A stretch of DNA of 64,000 nucleotides. Source: Acidobacteriota bacterium (lineage in GTDB: Bacteria > Acidobacteriota > Terriglobia > Bryobacterales > Bryobacteraceae). Position 1 is the stretch's first letter. Every line of letters begins with the position of its first letter. The position numbers and the translations under genes were made by a program. Location of the stretch: contig JACQZR010000126.1 of the NCBI GenBank assembly GCA_016213775.1, positions 16-64,015 of the forward strand, given 5' to 3'. The notes beneath the pieces were generated by a model. It saw only the letters and a list, made by a program, of their open reading frames with translations. It did not search any database and was not told where the DNA came from. Positions 1 to 8,072 of this stretch are shown piece by piece.

Positions 1-193
1 GATCTTCTGAAGGGAGCCCCGCAATCTTGCAAAGCTCCTGACCGAAAAGAGGATGAAACGGATGGGTGATCCGGAAAGCTCCGTTGCGCTCATCGATCTT
101 CGGTGTAGTGCGTCGTTTTGTCTCTCTCCGCCCTCCCCGAGGCCGAACAAGACACCCTCGAATCCACCACCACGCCCCTCCGCTGAGCCTCTG

Positions 194-610
194 TTGTTTC
201 CCAGACGACCCAGTCACCTCTCAAGTAATGACGCCGCCTTCGAAGTGTCCAACACCCTTGGCACCGGCTTTCTGGAAAAGGTGTACGAACGTGCACTCCT
301 CCACGAACTCAGCCTCCGTGGTATCACCGCCGTGTCGCAGGTCAAGGTTGAAGTCCTCTACCAAGGAGCCTCCGTCGGAGACTACTTCCCCGACATCCTG
401 GTTCTCGATGAACTCATCCTCGAACTCAAATGTGCTGAAACCATAGCCAGCGAGCACGTCGCCAAGTGCCTCAACTTCAAGCGCCCCAAACTCGTGTGTG
501 GACCCTCCGAACAACGGTCACAACCAAATAAAATAAATCGAAAAACCCCATCCCAAACAAAATCAACAGGTTATCCCCGCCCCTCCAGTCAACTTCCGCG
601 AGTCCCGTGA
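194..610 (+). pseudogene. GxxExxY-family protein (PD-(D/E)XK-like), probably degenerate
   Basis: ORF 53..610 contains the family core LGTGFLEKVYERALLHEL...DILVLDELILELKC...HVAKCLNF. There is no in-frame ATG near the conserved N-terminus (only CTG 191 and TTG 194). The segment normally lying between CLN(Y) and (IN)F.KPK seems deleted (reads CLNF-KRPKL). The tail is low-complexity. Confidence 0.45.
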
Positions 611-792
611 TCGGCCCCTGGTAGAAATGAATCGAGGACGAACATGAGACACAACACAAGAACCGCAGCAGGGCAGCAGAATAACTTTTCTACAGAACCA
701 ACACCAGCATTATCCCCAGTAGAATCACTCACATCCAAGCCAATATCGCCACTCGATAACGCCCAGCCACCCACTAAGGAGCATCGATAATT

Positions 793-1119
793 ATGCCGTT
801 CGCTTTCTGGTCCGAAATAATCAACCCGGCCGATATCTTCCCCGCCCGTTATCACCGCAAAGAAGACGCGCCGCCTTACCCACCGCCCCCGCCGCCGCTG
901 CCGCCCCCGAGCCCCGCGCTCAAGCGCCACATCGACGCCGCCGCCCGCGAGATTCACGCCCTTCACTTCAAAGTATGGGAGACCTTCGCCTTGAAGCTCC
1001 GCCAACTCCTGGAGCCGCTCCCCGACCTCTTCAACGCGGTCCGCCCGCTCATCTACGACGCCAACTGCACGTTCCTAAAGCCGCTCCAGGAAATCGGCTG
1101 GAAGTTGCCATCCACATGA
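793..1119 (+). CDS. hypothetical protein with poly-proline tract
   Basis: ATG 793 is preceded by AAGGAG (776-781). Third-position G/C bias is strong, like the real genes here. It has a PPYPPPPPPLPPPSP tract. No family recognised. Confidence 0.5.
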   Translation: MPFAFWSEIINPADIFPARYHRKEDAPPYPPPPPPLPPPSPALKRHIDAAAREIHALHFKVWETFALKLRQLLEPLPDLFNAVRPLIYDANCTFLKPLQEIGWKLPST

Positions 1120-1424
1120 CCACCACCGCGCCACTGATGACCCCGATAGAAACTTTCTTTGGCAAAGGATCTTCTCAAACCCGCTGGGAAATGCTATGTT
1201 TATCTTGTCCTGCGAAACAAACGGGTTCTCCGGGGCTTTTTGAACCGGGAACCCCGTCTGCATCCCACCCCTTACTCCCTGCGCGAGTTGCCTTTTCGTT
1301 TTGTTCCTTGCTTGGCTGTTCCCCGTCCCTGGTGTCCCTGATTCGTACACCGGACCGACACTCCAACATAAGGACCGGCGCATTACAGGATACGTGTATC
1401 ACGTGTATTCAAACGGACTAAACT

Positions 1425-2960
1425 ATGACCACCCTGCCGCTATTTGAAAGCACGCTCCTTTCCAGCGTGCCGCTCGGTCGCACGCAGACGGGTCTCGTGC
1501 AGATTGAACTGGAACCGCGTCCCCTCATCCCCACCCGGTCGCTCCGGCCGGGCGAACAGTACCGCTTCCACTTCGACATGAAGAAGTGCATTGGCTGCAA
1601 ATGCTGCGTCGTCGCCTGCAATGAACAAAACGGCAATCCTGCCGAGCTCAACTGGCGGCGCGTCGGCGAAATCGAAGGCGGCTACTACCCAAACACGCAG
1701 CGCTACCACCTGTCCATGGGCTGCAATCATTGCCTCGAGCCCTCCTGCCTCATCGGCTGCCCGGTGGAAGCCTATACCAAGAATCCCATCAATGGCGTCG
1801 TCCTCCACAGCGCCGATACCTGCATCGGCTGCCAGTATTGCACCTGGAACTGTTCCTATGGCGTGCCGCAGTACAACCCGGAACGCGGAGTCGTCGGCAA
1901 GTGCGACATGTGTCACAACCGCCTCAGCGACGGCATGTCGCCCGCCTGTGTTTCCGCCTGCCCCGAAGGCGCAATCGAAATCGAAATCGTGAACGTAGCC
2001 GAATGGCGGTCTGACTTCCTCACCGCCAACGCGCCCGGCCTGCCCTCCGCCGATGACAGCATCTCCACCACGCGCATCACTCTGCCCGATAACCTGCCGC
2101 CCGACACCGGTCGCGTGGACACCCAGCGCATCGATCCAGAACATCCCCACTGGCCGCTGGTCTTCATGCTTGTCTTGACGCAGCTTTCCGTTGGCGCCTT
2201 CGGCGTCATCTGGATTCTCGACGCTCTCCGCGCCGGCGGCAGCCTCACTCTCGCCGCTCTCGGATCATTGTGTCTCGCGGCAATCAGCCTCGCTGCCTCC
2301 ACCCTGCACCTCGGACGCCCGGTCTATGCCTGGCGCGCTTTGAAGGGATTGCGCCGCTCCTGGCTCAGCCGCGAAGTGTTGACGCTCTCCCTCTTCGCCG
2401 GTTCCGCCGGTGCCTTTGCCGCAACTTTGCTGTTCGATCTTCCAGCGCGCTCGCTCGTCGGAGCCTTCACCCTCCTCGCGGGCCTGGCCGGCTTAACCTG
2501 CTCGGCGCGCATCTATATGGTGAAAGCGCGGCCGGCCTGGTTCGCCACCTACACAATGGCGGAGTTCTTCTCCACCGCCGTGTTGCTCGGGCCGTTGTTC
2601 ATATGCGCATGGAATATTACTACTGCTCCCTGGCTGCCCTTCGCCGCGGCCATCGGAGGATCGGCCCAGCTTCTCACTCAGTTGTGCAAATATCTGTGGC
2701 TGTCGCGCTCCGACATCTTTGAGTTGCGCGGGTCGTCCCTCCTGCTCAGCGGCCGCTTCCAGAATCTGTTCGTTGCCCGCCTGATTATCCTCCTCGGTGC
2801 CGGAATCGTCATGCCACTCGTGGCTGCTTCCGGTTACCAACTGACCCTCGCCTTCCTTGCCGCACTCGCCGGCGAATGGCTCGGCCGCTACCTCTTCTTC
2901 GTCAGTGTCGTACCCAAGAACCTCGGAGCGGCTTTCATCTCCAGTGGGAGGGCTCACTAG
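1425..2960 (+). CDS. 4Fe-4S dicluster (DmsB-like) domain fused to DmsC/NrfD-like polytopic membrane anchor
   Basis: The N-terminal half has Cys clusters CIGCKCCVVAC, CNHCLEPSC, CIGCQYCTWNC and CDMC...CVSACP. From HPHWPLVFMLV onward there are about 8 hydrophobic helices. No twin-arginine signal. The stop at 2958-2960 abuts ATG 2961. Confidence 0.85.
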   Translation: MTTLPLFESTLLSSVPLGRTQTGLVQIELEPRPLIPTRSLRPGEQYRFHFDMKKCIGCKCCVVACNEQNGNPAELNWRRVGEIEGGYYPNTQRYHLSMGCNHCLEPSCLIGCPVEAYTKNPINGVVLHSADTCIGCQYCTWNCSYGVPQYNPERGVVGKCDMCHNRLSDGMSPACVSACPEGAIEIEIVNVAEWRSDFLTANAPGLPSADDSISTTRITLPDNLPPDTGRVDTQRIDPEHPHWPLVFMLVLTQLSVGAFGVIWILDALRAGGSLTLAALGSLCLAAISLAASTLHLGRPVYAWRALKGLRRSWLSREVLTLSLFAGSAGAFAATLLFDLPARSLVGAFTLLAGLAGLTCSARIYMVKARPAWFATYTMAEFFSTAVLLGPLFICAWNITTAPWLPFAAAIGGSAQLLTQLCKYLWLSRSDIFELRGSSLLLSGRFQNLFVARLIILLGAGIVMPLVAASGYQLTLAFLAALAGEWLGRYLFFVSVVPKNLGAAFISSGRAH

Positions 2961-5159
2961 ATGAAGAGCGTTCTCGACTGGAAGCGTATCGTCGGCCTCG
3001 ACAACAAGAGCGAAGAATACAAATACGCCCGCGATGAATCCACCGGTTATACAGCCGCCAAACGCATTCCCGAAAAATGGGTCGCCACAACCTGCGGCTA
3101 CTGCTCCGTGGGCTGCGGCATTGAGATCGGCGTTAAGGACGGCCGCGCCGTCGCTGCCCGCCCACTCGAATCCCATCCCGTGAATCGCGGCAAGCTCTGT
3201 CCCAAAGGCCTCTCTGAGCATCACATCATCGACACCGAAAACCGGCTCAAGTACCCGTTGCTGCGCAAGAACGGCAAACTGGTACGCGTCGCCTGGGACG
3301 AAGCTCTCTCCACAATGGCCCAGAAGTTCCGTGCCGTGCAGGCCGCCCACGGAGCCAACGCTCTTGGAGTGCTCAGCACCGGCCAACTCGTGACGGAAGA
3401 GTTCTACGCCCTCGGCAAACTGGTCCAGTTGGGCCTCGGCACTGTCAACTATGACGGCAATACGACGCTCTGCATGTCGAGCGCTGTCGCCGGCTACAAG
3501 GTCTCCTTCGGAAGCGACGGCCCTCCGGGCGCCTATGAAGACCTCGAGCGCGCCGACGTCATCCTCTTGATCGGCGCTAACCTCGCCGACAATCATCCGA
3601 TCCTCTGTCAGTATCTGGACGCGAATCCCAACAAGACCGTAATCGTCGCCGACCCGCGCGTCTCCAAGACCGCGATGATGGCCGACATTCATCTCCCGTT
3701 GAAACCGCGTTCCGACCTCGCTCTGCTCAACGGCATCGCCCATCTGCTCATCCGCTTCGGCCTCATTGACCGCGACTACATCGCCGCCCACACCACCGGC
3801 TTCGAAGAGCTGGAGAAATTCCTGGAAGCGTACAATCCCGAGCGCGTGGCCGAGCTCACCGGCATTTCGCAGGAAACCCTCTTCCGTGTCGCCGCGCTCT
3901 ATGGCCGCGCCAAAGCAGGCTTCATCGGCTGGACCATGGGCGTCAATCACAGCACCCTCGGCACCGCAACCGTCAATGCCATCTGCAACCTCGCCCTGCT
4001 CACCGGCAACCTCGGCCGCGCGGGCGCCTCGCCGTTTTCCATCACCGGCCAGTGCAATGCGATGGGTACCCGCGAGACCGGCTTCACCTCAGGTATGCCC
4101 GGCTATCGCAAGTTCGATGATCCGGCCGACCGCGCCGCCCTCGCCTCCCTCTGGAACATCGACGAATCGCGGCTGCCCGTCAAACGAGGTCTCGCCTATC
4201 CCGACATCGTTGAAGCAGCCGTGGCAAAAAAGATCCGCGCTCTCTGGATCATCGCCACCAACCCTCTGGTCTCGTTTCCCAATCAGGATGTCCTCCGCCA
4301 GGGCTTCTCCAACCTCGATTTCCTCGTCGTTCAAGATGGCTACCACCCGACGCCGACCACGGAACTCGCTGACCTCGTTCTCCCCGCCTCCATCTGGGGC
4401 GAAAAGGAAGGCACCTACACCAACTCCGAACGCCGTGTGAGCAAAGTGAATCAGGCCGTCACGCCTATCGGAGAAGCCCGTTCCGACTTCGATATCTTCC
4501 TTGCGCTCGCTGAGAAGCTTGGCTGCCGCGAAGAGCTCTTCCCCGGCTGGACCTGCCCGGAAGACGCCTTCAACGAATGGCGCCGCGTGTCCAGCGGACG
4601 CCTCTGCGACTATTCCGGCATCAGCTACGAAATGCTCTCCGAACACGGTCCCGTCCAGTGGCCGCTCGGCGTAGGCGAACAGCCGCAAGCCAACACGCGC
4701 CTCTACGCCGATGGCATGTTCGATACCCCCACCGGCCGCGCCAAACTCATCTGCGCCGAGTGGGCGCCTTTCCCCGAACAGCCCGGCCGCGAATACCCGC
4801 TCGTCCTCAATACTGGCCGCACCGTCGAACACTGGCATACGCGCACCAAGACGCGCGAAGTGCCGATTCTCGAACGCCTGTCTCCCCGCGCCTGGCTCGA
4901 AATGAATCCCCGCGATGCCAAAACGCTCGGCCTCCGCAGCCACGATGCGGTGGACATCGTCTCGCGCCGCGGACGCGTCCGTGGTGTCGAACTGCGGCTT
5001 ACTGAAATCACCGCTCCCGGCCAGGTGTTCATGCCCTTCCATTTCTTTGAGACCAACGTCAACGAAGTGACGCAGAGTGCCTTTGATCCCATCTCGCGCG
5101 AGCCCAACTACAAGCAATGCGCGGTGCGCGTCGAGCGCGCCCAGGAGAATCCACGATGA
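2961..5159 (+). CDS. nasA: assimilatory nitrate reductase catalytic subunit-like bis-MGD molybdoenzyme (NasA/NarB type)
   Basis: It has the N-terminal 4Fe-4S motif TCGYCSVGCG...LCPKG, a molybdopterin oxidoreductase body and a C-terminal MGD-binding barrel (GRTVEHWHTRTKT, VFMPFHF). No Tat signal. GGGAGG lies at 2946-2951. The context is nirBD plus an NNP transporter. Confidence 0.85.
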   Translation: MKSVLDWKRIVGLDNKSEEYKYARDESTGYTAAKRIPEKWVATTCGYCSVGCGIEIGVKDGRAVAARPLESHPVNRGKLCPKGLSEHHIIDTENRLKYPLLRKNGKLVRVAWDEALSTMAQKFRAVQAAHGANALGVLSTGQLVTEEFYALGKLVQLGLGTVNYDGNTTLCMSSAVAGYKVSFGSDGPPGAYEDLERADVILLIGANLADNHPILCQYLDANPNKTVIVADPRVSKTAMMADIHLPLKPRSDLALLNGIAHLLIRFGLIDRDYIAAHTTGFEELEKFLEAYNPERVAELTGISQETLFRVAALYGRAKAGFIGWTMGVNHSTLGTATVNAICNLALLTGNLGRAGASPFSITGQCNAMGTRETGFTSGMPGYRKFDDPADRAALASLWNIDESRLPVKRGLAYPDIVEAAVAKKIRALWIIATNPLVSFPNQDVLRQGFSNLDFLVVQDGYHPTPTTELADLVLPASIWGEKEGTYTNSERRVSKVNQAVTPIGEARSDFDIFLALAEKLGCREELFPGWTCPEDAFNEWRRVSSGRLCDYSGISYEMLSEHGPVQWPLGVGEQPQANTRLYADGMFDTPTGRAKLICAEWAPFPEQPGREYPLVLNTGRTVEHWHTRTKTREVPILERLSPRAWLEMNPRDAKTLGLRSHDAVDIVSRRGRVRGVELRLTEITAPGQVFMPFHFFETNVNEVTQSAFDPISREPNYKQCAVRVERAQENPR

Positions 5160-5269
5160 CGAAGCATGTAGGGCGGACGTCCTCGTCCGCGCCGGACCCC
5201 CTGGTCCGGCCTGTGCTGCAGCTACGCCGAAAGATGCGCGTGAAACGCGCCCAGGAGAATCCACGATGA
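5125..5269 (+). repeat. 110-bp-period direct duplication of the nasA 3' end/RBS/ATGA junction
   Basis: 5125-5159 and 5235-5269 are 35-nt copies with 3 mismatches, and the perfect 24-nt core CGCGCCCAGGAGAATCCACGATGA sits at 5136-5159 and 5246-5269. The spacer holds two abutting GC hairpins (5173-5190 and 5191-5210). Confidence 0.9.
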
Positions 5270-7698
5270 AACAACAACTGGTCGTCGTCGGCAACGGCAT
5301 GGCGGGCGTCGCCTGTGTCGAGCAGATCCTCAAACAGCCGCATGATTTCGACATCACCATCTTCGGCGCCGAGACCCATGTCAACTACAACCGCATCATG
5401 CTCTCGCTCGTCCTCGCCGGGCAGAAATCGCCCGATGACATCGTCCTCAATGGCGTCGATTGGTACCGCGACAACAACATCCGCGCCAAGCTCGGTGTCC
5501 GCATCGCCAACATCGACCGCGAACGCCGCGTGGTGATTGACCAGGAAGGCGGCGAAACACCGTACGGCAAATTGATCCTCGCCACTGGCAGCAACGCCTT
5601 CATCCCTCCGATTCCCGGCGTCGACAAGAAGAACGTCCACGTCTTCCGCACCATGGATGACACCCAGGAGTTGCTCGCCAAATCGCGGCCCGGTCTCAAG
5701 GCCGTGGTCATCGGCGGTGGCCTCCTCGGGCTCGAAGCGGCTCGCGGTCTGCAACTGCGCGGCTGCGACGTAACCGTGGTCCACCTTATGGATTCGTTGA
5801 TGGAGCGCCAGCTCGATCCCACTGGCGGCGCTTACCTCCGCCGCAAGATCGAAAGCCTCGGCATTCGCGTCATGCTTCCCAAGCAGACCGACGCGCTCTT
5901 TGGCAACGGACTCGTCGATGGACTCCGCTTCGCTTCCGGAGAAGAGCTGGAAGCCGAGCTCGTTGTCATCGCCGCCGGCATCCGGCCCAACACTGAGCTG
6001 GCGCGCCGCGCCGGACTCGCCGTCGGCCGCGGCATCGTCGTCAACGATCATCTGGAAACCTCCGACCCCGACATCTTCGCCGTCGGTGAATGCACCGAGC
6101 ATAACGGCCAGATCTTTGGACTCGTTGCCCCCCTCTATGAGCAGGGCCGCGTCCTCGCTCACGCCATCACCGGCCAGCGCGGCAAAACCTTCTCCGGCGC
6201 CACACCCGCCACCAAGCTCAAAATCATGGGCGTCGATATCTTCTCCGCCGGCTCCATTGACGATTCCGAGCCGGGCGTCGAAAGCGTCAAGTTCGAAGAC
6301 CCCTCGCAAGGCGTCTACAAGAAGGTTCTACTCAAGAACAACCGCCTGCACGGCGTCATCCTCGTGGGCGACGCCGAGGACGAATACACCTACACCGAAT
6401 GGCTCCGCAGCGGGACCGATCTTACCGAGCTGCGCCGCCAGGTCCTCTTCCCGCCGCGTGATCCCGACCCCGGCCGCGAGCTCGCCGACATGCCCGATTC
6501 GGAAACCGTCTGCGGCTGCAACGGCGTCAAAAAGGGCGATATCATCCACGCCATCCACACCCACGGCATCACAACCTTGAAGCAGGTGAAGGAACGCACC
6601 CGCGCTTCCACAAGCTGCGGAAGCTGCACCGGCCTCTGCGAAAAACTGCTCCGCGCCGTCGCGCCCGATTTCCAGGCCGACACCAAAACCACGCTCTGTT
6701 CCTGCTTCCCGTTTTCCTACGAACAACTGCGCGACATCATGCGCGGCCAGAAACTCAAGTCCGTCGAAGAGGTTCTCGCCGTCTACGGCAATCGCAAAGG
6801 CTGCGAAGTCTGCAAGCCCGCCCTCAGCTATCTGCTGGACATGGTCTGGTGTGGCGATCACGAAGAAGACCGCTCCGCCCGCTTCATCAACGATCGCGTC
6901 CACGCCAACATCCAAAAGGACGGGACTTTCTCCGTCATACCGCGCATGCGTGGCGGCGTGACAACGCCCGATGAGCTGCGCCGCATTGCCGACGTCGCCG
7001 ACAAGTACAACGTCCCGATGGTGAAGGTCACCGGCAGCCAGCGCATCGACCTCCTCGGCATCAAAAAAGCCGACCTGCCCAAGGTCTGGGCCGATCTCGG
7101 CATGTCCTCCGGCCAAGCCTATACCAAAGGCGTTCGCATGGTGAAGACCTGCGTCGGCACGGAGTTCTGCCGCTTCGGCGTCCAGGATTCCACTAACACC
7201 GGCATCGAGCTCGAGCGCCGCCTGGAAAACCTCTTCACGCCGCACAAGTTCAAGATGGGCGTCGTTGGCTGCCCGCGCAATTGCGCCGAAGCCACAGTCA
7301 AGGATCTCGGCCTCGTCGGGCAGGAAGGAAGCTGGCAGGTGGTAGTCGGCGGCGCCGCCGGAAAATCGGTCCGCAAAGCCGACCTCCTCATTACGGTGGA
7401 GACCACCGAACAGGCCTTGGAAGCCTCTGACCTCTTCTTTCAGTACTACCGCGAAAACGCCAACTACCTCGAACGTAGCTACGACTTCGTCGAGCGCATC
7501 GGCATCGAAAAAGTCCGCAAAGAAACCGTCTACGCCACCGACGCCGACAAAGCAAAACTCCTCGACCGCCTCGCCCGCTCCAAAGCCCTCGCCAAGGACG
7601 CCTGGCTCGAAGGCGCGCAGCCCGTCAACGCCACTCAGTTCGTCCAGATACAACCATCCGCCAAAACCACATCACCGGAGGTCGCATCCGTATGCTGA
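5266..7698 (+). CDS. nirB: NAD(P)H-nitrite reductase large subunit
   Basis: ATG 5266 follows AGGAGA (5253-5258). The protein starts MKQQLVVVGNGMAG (Rossmann). It has a BFD-like 2Fe-2S motif (CGCNGV...CGSCTGLC) and siroheme/4Fe-4S motifs (TCVGTEFCRFG, GCPRNCAEA). The track ORF from 5077 is an in-frame read-through of the spacer. Confidence 0.93.
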   Translation: MKQQLVVVGNGMAGVACVEQILKQPHDFDITIFGAETHVNYNRIMLSLVLAGQKSPDDIVLNGVDWYRDNNIRAKLGVRIANIDRERRVVIDQEGGETPYGKLILATGSNAFIPPIPGVDKKNVHVFRTMDDTQELLAKSRPGLKAVVIGGGLLGLEAARGLQLRGCDVTVVHLMDSLMERQLDPTGGAYLRRKIESLGIRVMLPKQTDALFGNGLVDGLRFASGEELEAELVVIAAGIRPNTELARRAGLAVGRGIVVNDHLETSDPDIFAVGECTEHNGQIFGLVAPLYEQGRVLAHAITGQRGKTFSGATPATKLKIMGVDIFSAGSIDDSEPGVESVKFEDPSQGVYKKVLLKNNRLHGVILVGDAEDEYTYTEWLRSGTDLTELRRQVLFPPRDPDPGRELADMPDSETVCGCNGVKKGDIIHAIHTHGITTLKQVKERTRASTSCGSCTGLCEKLLRAVAPDFQADTKTTLCSCFPFSYEQLRDIMRGQKLKSVEEVLAVYGNRKGCEVCKPALSYLLDMVWCGDHEEDRSARFINDRVHANIQKDGTFSVIPRMRGGVTTPDELRRIADVADKYNVPMVKVTGSQRIDLLGIKKADLPKVWADLGMSSGQAYTKGVRMVKTCVGTEFCRFGVQDSTNTGIELERRLENLFTPHKFKMGVVGCPRNCAEATVKDLGLVGQEGSWQVVVGGAAGKSVRKADLLITVETTEQALEASDLFFQYYRENANYLERSYDFVERIGIEKVRKETVYATDADKAKLLDRLARSKALAKDAWLEGAQPVNATQFVQIQPSAKTTSPEVASVC

Positions 7699-8054
7699 CA
7701 GAGACATTGAGAGAATGCGATTGGATCCCCGTCACCGAGGCCGGCAACATCCCCCCGCGCGAGGGCCGTTCCCTGTGCTTAAACGGCAAAGAGCTCGCGG
7801 TCTTCAATCTGAACGGACGCTTCCTCACCATCGACAATCACTGCCCTCATAAAGGCGGTCCGCTCTGCGATGGGATCGTCTCCGGAACCGCGGTGGTTTG
7901 CCCGCTGCACGGCCGCCGCTTCGATCTCGAAACCGGACTCCCCGTGCGCGCCGACGACGAAACATCCCTTGCCACCTACCCCACACGTATGGAAGGTGGC
8001 GTGATCTACATTGGCTTCCCAACCGCTCAGGAAGCCGCCGGGGAAGCTGCCTAG
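7692..8054 (+). CDS. nirD: nitrite reductase small subunit, Rieske-type
   Basis: Motifs CPHKGGPL and CPLHGRRFDLETG are present. Its ATG overlaps the nirB stop (ATGCTGA). Confidence 0.9.
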   Translation: MLTETLRECDWIPVTEAGNIPPREGRSLCLNGKELAVFNLNGRFLTIDNHCPHKGGPLCDGIVSGTAVVCPLHGRRFDLETGLPVRADDETSLATYPTRMEGGVIYIGFPTAQEAAGEAA

Positions 8055-8072
8055 AGGAGAACCAAGCTCATC

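Noticed and set aside
1-230. A reverse-strand frame running off the left edge reads ...KIDERNGAFRITHPFHPLFGQELCKIAGLPSED. The THPFHPLFG string reminded me of small DUF5372-type proteins found with recombinase trios.
   Set aside because: There is no in-frame ATG and only a weak GTG far upstream. The frame is truncated by the window edge. The family assignment rests on motif memory alone and needs a database search.
2493-3950. Long antisense ORFs, for example 2493-3950(-), 5059-6309(-), 6328-7653(-), 16364-18049(-), 20045-21379(+), 24038-25963(-), 26030-27208(-), 40946-43063(+), 51638-52873(+) and 56992-58383(+).
   Set aside because: They are shadow frames opposite genes with clear family motifs. 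They are Arg/Gly/Ala-rich and low-complexity, as expected in high-G+C DNA.
5077-5265. The track ORF extends nirB 63 codons upstream.
   Set aside because: The extension is an in-frame read-through of the duplicated spacer. The Rossmann fold starts right at MKQQLVVVGNGMAG, with AGGAGA 8 nt upstream of ATG 5266.
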